Below the pieces are notes generated by a model. It was not told where the DNA came from, did no database searches, and saw only the letters and a program-made list of their open reading frames with translations. From Desulfobaccales bacterium (GTDB lineage Bacteria > Desulfobacterota > Desulfobaccia > Desulfobaccales > 0-14-0-80-60-11): 64,000 nt of DNA. Location of the stretch: contig JBAUPV010000030.1 in NCBI GenBank assembly GCA_049580385.1, positions 577,721-641,720 of the forward strand. The letters are read 5' to 3'. The position numbers and the translations under genes are program-made. This document shows positions 33,738 through 42,579 of this stretch, in pieces (positions within the stretch are counted from its first letter, which is position 1; each line of letters begins with the position of its first letter).

Positions 33738-33767
33738 TTGACATTCCGCGTAAATTTGCGTTACCAT
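33738..33767 (+). promoter_or_regulatory. Candidate sigma-70 promoter
   Basis: -35 TTGACA (33738-33743), 18-nt spacer, -10 TACCAT (33762-33767), upstream of the low-GC gene at 33901. Confidence 0.4.
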
Positions 33768-33900
33768 CCCGGCGAAGGGAAAATTGGGCTTCGAGAAGAG
33801 GACCGCTTGAGAGAATTTACTCGGGCCAAAAGGCTCCAAAATCTCGGTGGGCAGAAATAACAATGGATGTGGAATAATCCCGGTTAGGAGGGTTAACATC

Positions 33901-34380
33901 ATGGCCAAAAGGATCATAAGTCTCTTGGTGTTGCTAATTCTTTTTATGGCTCTACCCATTGCCGCGGTAGAAGTATCCTCTGAATTCAAACCTGGTTCAG
34001 AGCCGGATGGTTTCAGGGGTATAAAGTGGGGAACCGATATATCAACTTTGAAAGGGATGAAATTAATAAAAGATGATGGACCCGAGAAATATTACCAGAA
34101 AAAAGACGACAATATGACCATAGGTGCTTCTCAACTTAGCGAGATCACCTATGGTTTTAAGGATGGGAAATTTGATAGTGTAATAATACATACAAAGGGA
34201 TATGTAAATTATGGTCATTTAAAAGATGCTTGTATCGAGAAATATGGAAAAGGGATAAAAACGGGGGTTGGTGAATCATTTGCCTGGGTTGGGAATAAAA
34301 CCTGGGTGAAGCTCAGGTATGAGAAGGACAAGGATGAAGGAGTCCTGATATCTTCGGTAATCCCCCAGGGGGGTTGTTAA
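33901..34380 (+). CDS. Hypothetical secreted protein (low-GC gene)
   Basis: Signal peptide MAKRIISLLVLLILFMALPIAAVE. RBS TAGGAGGG. Markedly AT-richer than its neighbours. No motif recognised. Confidence 0.65.
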   Translation: MAKRIISLLVLLILFMALPIAAVEVSSEFKPGSEPDGFRGIKWGTDISTLKGMKLIKDDGPEKYYQKKDDNMTIGASQLSEITYGFKDGKFDSVIIHTKGYVNYGHLKDACIEKYGKGIKTGVGESFAWVGNKTWVKLRYEKDKDEGVLISSVIPQGGC

Positions 34381-34446
34381 AGGAGCCCGGTAGGTGAAGA
34401 TCGTTTAGGCCTCGGTTGGGTTCGAGCGGAGATCTGAATAGGAACT

Positions 34447-34512
34447 GTAGGACAAAAACCGACCAGCCACCGTAAGTAAATCCTATAAATAAATAGGACA
34501 CTTCCCGATTGC
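34447..34512 (+). promoter_or_regulatory. 66-nt conserved element, copy D (most divergent)
   Basis: GTAGGACAAAAACCGACCAGCCACCGTAAGTAAATCCTATAAATAAATAGGACACTTCCCGATTGC. Keeps GTAGGAC, ACCGAC, TCCTAT and TAGGAC at the same columns. Ends 94 nt upstream of the ATG at 34607. Confidence 0.6.
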
Positions 34513-34606
34513 GGTCCATCCGGGCTCAGGCATCTAGTAATAACAAAACACCAGAGACCGCCGGTCAGGGCGACGGTTAAGGTTTATCTGAGAAAAGGAG
34601 CGCATA

Positions 34607-34882
34607 ATGAGGCTGAAAAAGATTATTTTCATCGGATTGTGCCTGGTTTTGAGTGCTGGGCTGATCCACCTGAATGTGGGTGTCTGCCAACAGCCCAAGC
34701 CGGATGAAACGGGGACCAAACTGCCTGCGGCTACGCCCGCAGGCAAGACGCCGGCTCCCCAGCCCCCCTGTAACACGCCTGCCAAGGCGCCCGGGGAGGT
34801 CAAACCGGAAAGTAAGCCGGCAGCTCCGGCAATACCTCCGGCCAAGGAACCCGCCAAGCCTGAGGAAAATGAGGGATGTTAG
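34607..34882 (+). CDS. Small secreted Pro/Ala/Lys-rich protein
   Basis: 91 aa. Signal peptide MRLKKIIFIGLCLVLSAGL, then low-complexity PKPDETGTKLPAATPAGKTPAPQPP..., C-terminal Cys. RBS AAAAGGAG. Confidence 0.6.
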   Translation: MRLKKIIFIGLCLVLSAGLIHLNVGVCQQPKPDETGTKLPAATPAGKTPAPQPPCNTPAKAPGEVKPESKPAAPAIPPAKEPAKPEENEGC

Positions 34883-35120
34883 CCCCGCGCCTGGGCGCCC
34901 TCATCTGCAATCCTGAGCGTTGCCACTTCCTGGACGCCCGGCCCTAGGCCCAAGAGGAACCCGGCCGCGGGAAGGAGCGTCCAGGCCGCTATTAGGGAAG
35001 GCTCTCCTGGGGCATTGTCCTGAGCTCAAGGCCCGGGATTAATCCTCCCTATATTGGAAAACCTGGCTCCCTCTATCGCCGCCCACCCCCGTACCTCATA
35101 CGGCCGCCCACCCCCGCAAA

Positions 35121-35186
35121 GTAGGACAGATACCGACCTTGTGATGGCAAAAGGTCCTATAAGATAATCAGACTCATGCGGACAAT
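35121..35186 (+). promoter_or_regulatory. 66-nt conserved element, copy B
   Basis: GTAGGACAGATACCGACCTTGTGATGGCAAAAGGTCCTATAAGATAATCAGACTCATGCGGACAAT. Ends 155 nt upstream of the ATG at 35342. Confidence 0.75.
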
Positions 35187-35341
35187 ATTTTCCCGGCGTT
35201 TATGCTTATATTGCAGGTGGAAAGGACCGGCTTCTTCGATGGCTTCTTAATCAAAGGAGGGCTGTGGCCGGAAGGGCGGGAGCGGTTTTGCTGTCATGGG
35301 AGTTCGCAGCTAAAAACTTATCCGAAAGGGAGGTGCGAGGC

Positions 35342-36451
35342 ATGAAAAGGGCAATGGTTTTCGGTTTCTTCGCAGTATTGGTGGCAAGCCTGGCCTTGGG
35401 CGCAGGCCCCGTATTGGCGGAGGAGAGTTTCACGGTGGGCTGGCAACCGTATTACATTGACAGTTACTCGCCCGCGATTATTCAGGAACTCCATTTGACG
35501 GATAAATACCTTCCCGGGGTGAAAGTCGAATACCAGGAAGGTTTGCACACTGCCCTGTTTGCGGCCAGAGTTCTGGCGGGCCGGATCCAGGTGGGGTACG
35601 GGGAAGCCAATCCCTTAAACATCGTATGCAGCAATCGGGCCCAAGGCGAGGTCCGGGAAGTTATCTGCACCAGCAACTCACCCGGTCAGCGCTGCGCCTT
35701 GTTGTTGACCCGGCTCGATGCTCCCGACTTCAAGACGCCCCTGGATGCGATGAAATGGCTGGATGGCAAGATCGTCGCCTCCCCCTGGGGCAGTTGCGCT
35801 GACAAGTTTATGCGGATAGCCATGGATAAGCTGCAGATAAAGCCGGCGCAGTACCTTAATCAGAGCATCGAAATTATCAGCACGAATTTCAAGATCAAGA
35901 AGATTGACGCCGCGGCCGTGTGGGAACCGACCGCCTCGAGGGTAGGCACCCTGGCGGGCCTGGGAATCGCCAAGCTGGCTGCTACCGGCGAGGTCTGCGG
36001 CGATAGGGATGTCGGGATGATGATGATGCGCGGCGAATTCATCGATAAACATCCCGATCTGGCGAAAGGTTGGCTCAAGTGCGAACTGGAAGCTGAGCGC
36101 TTCATGGCTGATCCCAATAATTGGCAGAAGGCCGTGGCCATGATCGCCAAACACGCGGTGGGAATGCCCGAGAGGGCCATCTGGTTCGGCCTCTACGGCG
36201 AGATCCCCAAGAACGTTGGTGGAGTTAACCCCAAAACGGTTATGCCATTTACTATTGATGCTGAACTCAACAACTACATCCATGAGCTTTATAAATTCCA
36301 GGTTGCGCATAAGGAGGTTTCTACCGCAGCTCCCCCTGCCAACCTCATTGATGACCATCTCGCGGTGGAGGTGCTGAAGGAAGCCGGCCTGACGTCGCCT
36401 ATCGGCCAGATTAATGCGCTCCCGGCTGATCAAAATCCCTTCAAGCAGTAA
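35342..36451 (+). CDS. ABC transporter substrate-binding protein (NMT1/SsuA/TauA-like, NitT/TauT family)
   Basis: Signal peptide MKRAMVFGFFAVLVASLALGAGPVLA. Size and periplasmic-binding-protein composition fit, and NitT/TauT-type permease and ATPase genes follow. RBS GGGAGG. Confidence 0.7.
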   Translation: MKRAMVFGFFAVLVASLALGAGPVLAEESFTVGWQPYYIDSYSPAIIQELHLTDKYLPGVKVEYQEGLHTALFAARVLAGRIQVGYGEANPLNIVCSNRAQGEVREVICTSNSPGQRCALLLTRLDAPDFKTPLDAMKWLDGKIVASPWGSCADKFMRIAMDKLQIKPAQYLNQSIEIISTNFKIKKIDAAAVWEPTASRVGTLAGLGIAKLAATGEVCGDRDVGMMMMRGEFIDKHPDLAKGWLKCELEAERFMADPNNWQKAVAMIAKHAVGMPERAIWFGLYGEIPKNVGGVNPKTVMPFTIDAELNNYIHELYKFQVAHKEVSTAAPPANLIDDHLAVEVLKEAGLTSPIGQINALPADQNPFKQ

Positions 36452-36556
36452 CGGCTTTTAAGTTTGGGCGCCATACTCCTCTGGCCTGGATGACGGAGGG
36501 TTTTCAGGCCAGAGGAGGCCTTAGGCAAACCAGGTCATTTTAGAGACACACTGAGA

Positions 36557-37483
36557 GTGCCAATGGAACCGGAAGAAATACTCCATTCAGAAGAAGCCCA
36601 GGCCCTGGCCGAGCAGGGAAGGCAACCTCCTGCGCCTGAAGAAGAAGAGATGCAGCCCCTGACGTGGGAAATAACGATGGCCCGCATCAGGCATGCCCTG
36701 CGAACTTCGGCGCCGTACCTGGGAGCATTGGGATTACTGTCCACCCTGCTCGCCTATTGGCTGCTGACGGAAGTCTTTAAGGCGCCGCTGTTCGCCAAGA
36801 TTCCCGGTCCGGTAGCAGTGGCGAACGAATGGTTTTCGCATCATCCCATGTTCGGCATATCCATTTACAGCAGCGTCTATTACCGGCACATTTGGGCAAG
36901 CTGCTGGCGGATTATCCAGGCTTTTCTCCTGGCGACCGTGCTCGGGGTGCCGCTTGGATTGTTCATGGGGTGGAAAAAGGTCTTCAAGGATTATACCTTT
37001 CCGCTTTTTGAATTGCTTCGGCCTATCCCCATGCTGGCTTGGGTGCCGCTGGCGATTCTGATGTTTCCGGGCTACGAAGCGAGCGTTATTTATGTGACCT
37101 TCCTGGGCTCCTTTTTCGTCACCACCCTGAACACCCTTCTCGGCGTCGAATCAATCGATGAGGCCTACTTCAGGGCGGCGCTTTGCTTGGGATCCAAGCC
37201 GCGGCATCTCTTTTTTCACGTTATCCTGCCCGGAGCCCTGCCGTTTATCTTCACGGGGCTGCAAATCAGCATGGGCTACGCCTGGTTTTGCCTGGTGGCC
37301 GGAGAGATGATCGCCGGCAGCTATGGCCTGGGTTATCTTATCTGGAACTCCTACATGCAGTTCCAGGAACCAGTGCTGATAATCGCCATGATCACCCTGG
37401 GATTTTTGGGATGGTTCAGCAGCGCCTTGATCCGCGTGCTGGCCAGGCGCTTGATGCAATGGCAAGTAAGGGAGATGGCTTGA
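36557..37483 (+). CDS. ABC transporter permease 1 (SsuC/TauC-like)
   Basis: 308 aa, 6 TM. EAA-type loop SIDEAYFRAALCLGSKPRHLFFHVILPGALP. Confidence 0.8.
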   Translation: MPMEPEEILHSEEAQALAEQGRQPPAPEEEEMQPLTWEITMARIRHALRTSAPYLGALGLLSTLLAYWLLTEVFKAPLFAKIPGPVAVANEWFSHHPMFGISIYSSVYYRHIWASCWRIIQAFLLATVLGVPLGLFMGWKKVFKDYTFPLFELLRPIPMLAWVPLAILMFPGYEASVIYVTFLGSFFVTTLNTLLGVESIDEAYFRAALCLGSKPRHLFFHVILPGALPFIFTGLQISMGYAWFCLVAGEMIAGSYGLGYLIWNSYMQFQEPVLIIAMITLGFLGWFSSALIRVLARRLMQWQVREMA

Positions 37484-38373
37484 TGATACTCAGTCAAACC
37501 CTAGGGAAAGATGGCGAGGCGCTGGCGCCAAAACCGGCAATCTCCTCCGAGGCCACGGCGGGAAAGATTAGTATTCGAGACGTGTCCATCGTTTACGACC
37601 CGGAAGGGACCCACGTTGTCGCAGTCGACAGCTGCTCCCTGGAAATTCCGGCCGGAGAGTTCTGTGTCGTCGTGGGGCCGTCCGGCTGTGGCAAGACGAC
37701 GCTGCTCAATGCCATCGCCGGGTTCCATGGGGTCACGTCGGGCGAAATCTATATGGACGATGACCTGCTCTGCTCGGCTGAGAGAACGACGAAACCCGGA
37801 GCCGACCGCATCGTGGTTTTTCAGAACGGGGCGCTCTTCCCGTGGAAGACGGTCCTGGAAAACATCGTCTACGGCCCGATGATCCAGGGAAAGATGTCCC
37901 GCCAGGAGGCCATTGCCGCCTGTCATGAACTGCTTATCCAAATGGGGCTGAGCGGAATTTCCCACAGATATCCGAGCGAGATCTCCGGCGGGATGCGCCG
38001 CCGGGTCGAGATTGCCCGGGCCATGATGAACGATCCCAAGGTGTTGCTGCTGGATGAGCCCTTCCGGGCCATGGACGCCCTGACCAAGACGGTGGTCCAG
38101 AAATACCTGCTGGATGTCTACGATGCTTCCAATAAGACCGTCTTCTTCATCACCCACGACCTGGATGAGGCCATATTTCTGGGCAGCAGGGTCATCGTGG
38201 TCACCAGCCGGCCAGCCCGGGTCAAGAGGATTATCAATATAGAAATACCTCGGCCACGTGACTTCCGGGTGCTCACATCCGAATATTACCGGAAACTGAA
38301 GGAGGAAACCCTGGAAGCGGTCCACGAAGAGGCCCAGAAGGCTTTTGAGGCTGGCGAACGGGAGATGGCTTAG
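37483..38373 (+). CDS. ABC transporter ATP-binding protein 1
   Basis: Walker A GPSGCGKTT, signature ISGGMRRR, Walker B LLLDEPF. ATGA overlap with the permease stop; the longer ORF from 37183 is rejected. Confidence 0.85.
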   Translation: MILSQTLGKDGEALAPKPAISSEATAGKISIRDVSIVYDPEGTHVVAVDSCSLEIPAGEFCVVVGPSGCGKTTLLNAIAGFHGVTSGEIYMDDDLLCSAERTTKPGADRIVVFQNGALFPWKTVLENIVYGPMIQGKMSRQEAIAACHELLIQMGLSGISHRYPSEISGGMRRRVEIARAMMNDPKVLLLDEPFRAMDALTKTVVQKYLLDVYDASNKTVFFITHDLDEAIFLGSRVIVVTSRPARVKRIINIEIPRPRDFRVLTSEYYRKLKEETLEAVHEEAQKAFEAGEREMA

Positions 38374-38427
38374 CCCGGTGACGGGATTGCCACTGGCGGC
38401 TACGCCAGTTAAGAGGGGAAGTTTTAT

Positions 38428-39243
38428 ATGTCGGCGCCACCTAAAGGATCCAAGAATGGCAGCCTCGGTAAAAAGGTCCAGAAGGTCCTGACGGATAGGT
38501 CAGCCTACCGGGGCTGTTTTTCTATCATCGTCTTCCTGATCATCTGGGAGTTAGGCACCAGGTACGGCCTGCCAATCCTCAAGTCTATTCCGCCTCCGAG
38601 CGCGGTTCTGATTGCGTTCAAAGAGTCGTTCGTGGACCCGGCGTATTGGGGTGACTGGGGGAATAGCTTTGTACGGATTGGCCTCGGCTTCATTTTGGCC
38701 CAGATCATCGGCATTCCCCTGGGGCTGCTCATGGGAACCAGCCGCTACTTTCGGGAATTGAGTCTGCCGGTATTCGAGGTCTTGCGGCCCATACCGCCCC
38801 TGGCCTGGGTTCCCGCCGCGGCCCTTTTCTGGCCGACCCCTGAGATGAGTATCGTTTTCGTCACCTTTCTGGGCGCTTTTTTCGTGACGATCCTGAATAT
38901 CGTGGGCGGGGCCCGGAGTATCGACGCCCGCTTCATCCGGGCGGCTGTTTCGCTCGGGTCCAGCCGTAGAGATATCTTCTGGCGAATCGTTCTTCCCGCG
39001 ACCTTGCCCAGTATCATCGTGGCTTTGACGGTGGGCATCGGCGTCTGCTGGAACACGGTGGTGGCGGCCGAGATGCTCGCCGGCCACTCCGGCCTGGGGT
39101 TTCTGACCTGGCGGGCCTATGTGACCTTCACCTATCCCTTGATCGTGGTCGGCATGATCAGCATCGGCGTAGCCGGCTACATCTCCAGCGCTATTATCCG
39201 GCTTTTGGGAAGTCGTATGACGCCGTGGCTCAAAACCAGTTAA
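38428..39243 (+). CDS. ABC transporter permease 2
   Basis: 271 aa. EAA-type loop SIDARFIRAAVSLGSSRRDIFWRIVLPATLP. Paralog of permease 1. Confidence 0.8.
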   Translation: MSAPPKGSKNGSLGKKVQKVLTDRSAYRGCFSIIVFLIIWELGTRYGLPILKSIPPPSAVLIAFKESFVDPAYWGDWGNSFVRIGLGFILAQIIGIPLGLLMGTSRYFRELSLPVFEVLRPIPPLAWVPAAALFWPTPEMSIVFVTFLGAFFVTILNIVGGARSIDARFIRAAVSLGSSRRDIFWRIVLPATLPSIIVALTVGIGVCWNTVVAAEMLAGHSGLGFLTWRAYVTFTYPLIVVGMISIGVAGYISSAIIRLLGSRMTPWLKTS

Positions 39244-39264
39244 TGCCGGTTACCATAGTAGAGG

Positions 39265-40167
39265 ATGACTGAAATGCCGCAACCGATTGCCAACGGGCAG
39301 AACGGCCACTACCAAGTCCTGGCGCAGGCCGCGTCGGCCGAGATGATTGTAGAGAACGTGCGTAAGAGCTACGGGATCCACCCGGTGGTCCAGGTGCTGG
39401 AGGATTGCTCCCTGGTGCTGGAGAACCGTAAGCTCACGGTTTTGATCGGTCCTTCGGGCTGCGGCAAGAGCACCCTGATCAACATCCTGGCCGGCTATGA
39501 CCTGCCGGATTCGGGAAAGGTCACCATCGACGGCCAACCGGTCAGGGGACCGGGACGCGACCGTCTGGTAGTCTTTCAAGAAACCGCTCTCTTTCCCTGG
39601 ATGACCACCTTTCAGAACGTCAGTTACGGGCCCCAGGTTCGGAAGGAAATGGGCAAGGAAGCCTTGCAGGCGGAAACGATGAAGCTGCTTAAGCTGGTCG
39701 GGCTCGAAGCCTTCGCAGACAAGTATCCCTCACAACTTTCGGGCGGCATGATGCGCAGGGCCGAATTGGTCAGGGCCTTGATTAACCGGCCCAAGGTCAT
39801 GCTCATGGACGAACCGTTCCGGGGACTGGACGCCATGACCCGGGAGTTGATGCAGGAGTATTACGTCCGTCTCTTCGAGACCAAACCCGGGACCAACCTG
39901 TTTGTGACCACGGAGATCGATGAGGCCATTTTCCTGGCGGACCGGCTCGTGATCATGAGCAACCGGCCAGCCAGCATCAGAAAGGTCATCGACATCAATC
40001 TGCCCAGGCCGCGCCAGTTCCAGATGCTCACTTCCAAGGAATATCTGGGATATAAGAAGGATGCCTTGGAAATACTTCATGTGGAAGCCATGAAGGCCTT
40101 TGCTAAGGGTAAGCAGGACGCTGCCGACTTTATGGAGGCATATTCAAAGACCGCAGGCAATCCTTGA
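39265..40167 (+). CDS. ABC transporter ATP-binding protein 2
   Basis: Walker A GPSGCGKST, signature LSGGMMRR, Walker B MLMDEPF. The start may be the ATG at 39274, which has better SD spacing. Confidence 0.85.
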   Translation: MTEMPQPIANGQNGHYQVLAQAASAEMIVENVRKSYGIHPVVQVLEDCSLVLENRKLTVLIGPSGCGKSTLINILAGYDLPDSGKVTIDGQPVRGPGRDRLVVFQETALFPWMTTFQNVSYGPQVRKEMGKEALQAETMKLLKLVGLEAFADKYPSQLSGGMMRRAELVRALINRPKVMLMDEPFRGLDAMTRELMQEYYVRLFETKPGTNLFVTTEIDEAIFLADRLVIMSNRPASIRKVIDINLPRPRQFQMLTSKEYLGYKKDALEILHVEAMKAFAKGKQDAADFMEAYSKTAGNP

Positions 40168-40295
40168 TGAGGGCTAATTCATCCCAAAATATCTTCGGGT
40201 ACCGGAAATGGATTCCGGGCGTGGGCAATAGGCTGATGTTGGCGTCTTGGGCGGGATGCCGGCAGGCGACCCCCGGCATATAAATTGACTTCATT

Positions 40296-40338
40296 ATTCG
40301 ATATTTCTATAATTTAAGATATATAGATGTTATCGAAT
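40296..40338. promoter_or_regulatory. Inverted repeat in the AT-rich gap upstream of yeeE-like gene
   Basis: ATTCGATA (40296-40303) and TATCGAAT (40331-40338), perfect 8-bp arms with a 27-nt AT-rich spacer, inside a 250-nt gap. Confidence 0.35.
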
Positions 40339-40417
40339 CCGGTCACCTGGCAATAATCGAGGGTTTCTTATCTCCTTTCGGCATTAGACCCCGGACATTG
40401 CCTGCAGGAGATTCGTC

Positions 40418-41608
40418 ATGGCGGTTAACTCTCCATTGCTCAAAGAACTTAAGAGGGGCTACAGCCTTCTCTTCGAAAAGCAATGGCATCCGCTCGTGGG
40501 AGGGTTATTGATCGGGCTTCTGGCCATAATGATTGAGGCCTGGTCGCGGCCTTGGGGCATTGTGGCAGGAATCCGCAATTGGGCCGATTGGCTTTTTTAC
40601 GGAGTGGGCCTGTACGCCCACAAGCCGGAAAACCCCTTGCTCTTTTCCCCATCCGTGATGGATCTGGGCCTTATCCTGGGAAGCCTTGCCGCGGCGCTGC
40701 TGGCCAAAGAATTTGCCTTGCAAAGGCCTCCGAAACTCGAAGCAGTTAAGGGCCTGGTGGGGGGCCTGTTCATGGGAGTGGGCTCCTCGCTGGCTCTGGG
40801 ATGCAACGTCGGGGCTTTTTTCTCTCCTCTGGTCAACCTGTCCGCCAACGCTTTGTTGATGATGATCGGGTTGATCTGCGGCGCCTATCTCGGTCTTCGC
40901 TACATCCTCTGGGAAGTGGAAAACCTTCCTGCCCCCAGTCCCGCCTCAGCCGTAACTTCTCCCAAGCAGACCCCAACGTTCAATTGGAAGACGGCTCATC
41001 CCTATTTGGGCGCCCTGGTCTTGGTTGGCCTGGTGTTGGCGGCCCATCTCTATGGCAAGTTTTCCTATGGCGAAGCTGGGGGATTGCTGCTCTTTGGAGC
41101 CGCTTTCGGGGTCGTGATCCAGCGTTGCCGTTTCTGCTTTGTGCGCGCCTTTCGGGACCCCTTTATGACTGGTGAATCCGAGATCGGCAAGGCCGTGGCC
41201 ATCAGCATTATCATTGCCGTCATCGGTATTGCGGTGCTCAAGGCGACCGGCCTCAGGAGAGAGACCATGTATGTGATACCAGCCTTCGGTTGGGGCTCCT
41301 TGGTGGGAGGAGTCATTTTTGGCATCGGCATGGTCGTTGCCGGAGGCTGCGGCAGTGGGACCCTTTGGAGAGTGGCCGAAGGGAATATGAAGTTATGGAT
41401 TGCCTTGTTTGCTTTTGCCACCTCCAACTCCCTTATGACTGGATGGCTGCTAGCCTGGGGGATTCGTCCAACACTGGGTTCAGCAGTCTTCCTACCCCAC
41501 TACGTAGGTTGGGAAGGGGCCATCTTTTTGGTCATTGGCATTGCTCTGATCTGGTTAGTGATTCTTGCCTGGAATGAACAGACCAACAAATTCACCGTGG
41601 AACTCTGA
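40418..41608 (+). CDS. YeeE/YedE-family sulfur-compound (thiosulfate-type) transporter
   Basis: 396 aa, polytopic. Conserved Cys loops LALGCNVGAFF and VAGGCGSGTLWR, plus QRCRFCF. Confidence 0.8.
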   Translation: MAVNSPLLKELKRGYSLLFEKQWHPLVGGLLIGLLAIMIEAWSRPWGIVAGIRNWADWLFYGVGLYAHKPENPLLFSPSVMDLGLILGSLAAALLAKEFALQRPPKLEAVKGLVGGLFMGVGSSLALGCNVGAFFSPLVNLSANALLMMIGLICGAYLGLRYILWEVENLPAPSPASAVTSPKQTPTFNWKTAHPYLGALVLVGLVLAAHLYGKFSYGEAGGLLLFGAAFGVVIQRCRFCFVRAFRDPFMTGESEIGKAVAISIIIAVIGIAVLKATGLRRETMYVIPAFGWGSLVGGVIFGIGMVVAGGCGSGTLWRVAEGNMKLWIALFAFATSNSLMTGWLLAWGIRPTLGSAVFLPHYVGWEGAIFLVIGIALIWLVILAWNEQTNKFTVEL

Positions 41609-41684
41609 GGTCGAAGCGTATCGGGGAACTGCGCCGTGCCGGCTGCTAATTGGGGATGTTACCAAACCATAAGGGGGAACTCGC

Positions 41685-41924
41685 ATGGATGACCTCAAAC
41701 CCGACGAAGTTCTGGATTGCCGGGGCCTTAGTTGCCCTATGCCGATTCTCAAGATTAAGAGAGCCATAGCCAACATGAGCGCCGGCCAGGTCCTGGAGGT
41801 CTTGGGAACCGACCCCGGAACCAGGAACGACCTCCCTGCCTGGGCCAAACGGACCGGGAACGAGTATCTTGGCGAGAAAGAAGGAAGCGGTTTCATTCAC
41901 TTTTTTGTTCGAAAAGCCTCGTAG
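41685..41924 (+). CDS. TusA/SirA-family sulfur carrier
   Basis: 79 aa. LDCRGLSCPMPILKIKRAI with the CPxP active-site Cys. Confidence 0.85.
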   Translation: MDDLKPDEVLDCRGLSCPMPILKIKRAIANMSAGQVLEVLGTDPGTRNDLPAWAKRTGNEYLGEKEGSGFIHFFVRKAS

Positions 41925-41962
41925 CGACTGCAACCCAGATCCTCTGATCCGGAAGGGGAATC

Positions 41963-42268
41963 ATGGAAGAAACGTTGGGAATATTGGTAGCCACGAAGGA
42001 TTCCCTGGAACACCTGCTGGGATTGGTGGCCGCGGCTCAAAAGAAGGGATTGCGCCTGGTTATCTTTCTGACCGCGGAGGGAGTCTTGCTCTCCCAGGAG
42101 CCCCGCTTCAGGGAACTTGCGGGCCGGGCGGAAATATCTTTGTGCGATGTCGGTTTCAAAGGCTTTGGGCTGCAAGGAGAGGTGCCTGGTCTGGAAAAGA
42201 AGGATTTCGCCACCCAGGCCAAGCACGCGGAAATGCTGGCAGACTGCAATTATTATTTCATGTTGTGA
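41963..42268 (+). CDS. DsrE/DsrF-like small protein
   Basis: 101 aa. LGILVATKD...LVIFLTAEGV...ISLCDVGFKGFGL fits the DsrE-fold pattern. From memory. Confidence 0.55.
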   Translation: MEETLGILVATKDSLEHLLGLVAAAQKKGLRLVIFLTAEGVLLSQEPRFRELAGRAEISLCDVGFKGFGLQGEVPGLEKKDFATQAKHAEMLADCNYYFML

Positions 42269-42280
42269 GGGTGCTTCAAC

Positions 42281-42571
42281 ATGCCTGCGAAAAAAGTGGC
42301 GATCCTGGCGCGCCACCCCCATCGCCAGTATGAGGCATTGCGGTCCAGCTTGGGGTGCCTCCTGGAAAACCATGAGGTGACTTACCTGGTGCTGGGGTAC
42401 GAGGTAGACCTGGACCAGGCCTATAGCGAGAACCTGGAGTTTTTGGATGAAATGGAAGGGACTCGCTTCAGCAATCACCCGGACAATGTGGAGAAGCATG
42501 GCTTCGGTTATCTTGACCTGGCCCAGATAGGGGAGTTGCTGCGAGAGCAGGACATCGTCATTCCTTTCTGA
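42281..42571 (+). CDS. DsrE/DsrF-like small protein
   Basis: 96 aa. KKVAILARHPH...VTYLVLGYEV. Size, position and beta-alpha pattern are consistent with a DsrF-type partner. Confidence 0.45.
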   Translation: MPAKKVAILARHPHRQYEALRSSLGCLLENHEVTYLVLGYEVDLDQAYSENLEFLDEMEGTRFSNHPDNVEKHGFGYLDLAQIGELLREQDIVIPF

Positions 42572-42579
42572 GAGGGGAT

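Noticed and set aside
35277-35292. CGGGAGCGGTTTTGCT upstream of the ABC binding-protein gene as a sigma-54 promoter. Likewise TGGAGGTGAAAGGGCA at 26814-26799 on the minus strand, upstream of the rhodanese gene.
   Set aside because: The GG/GC geometry is correct, but the -24 (CGGGAG) or the -12 (GGGCA) box is poor. The evidence is too weak to call without a PWM score or TSS data.
37183-37482. 100-codon N-terminal extension of ABC ATPase 1 in the ORF track. The same applies to the extensions of ORFs 5167-6780, 6959, 8169-9209, 8859, 24732-25760, 25898-26815, 32524, 33847, 35264, 44282, 51032, 52436-53485, 56175-56861, 58036-59328, 59151-60014 and 61448-62257.
   Set aside because: The extensions overlap upstream genes or repeats and lack SD sequences. 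Internal starts coincide with SD motifs, signal peptides, or ATGA-type coupling, and match family N-termini.
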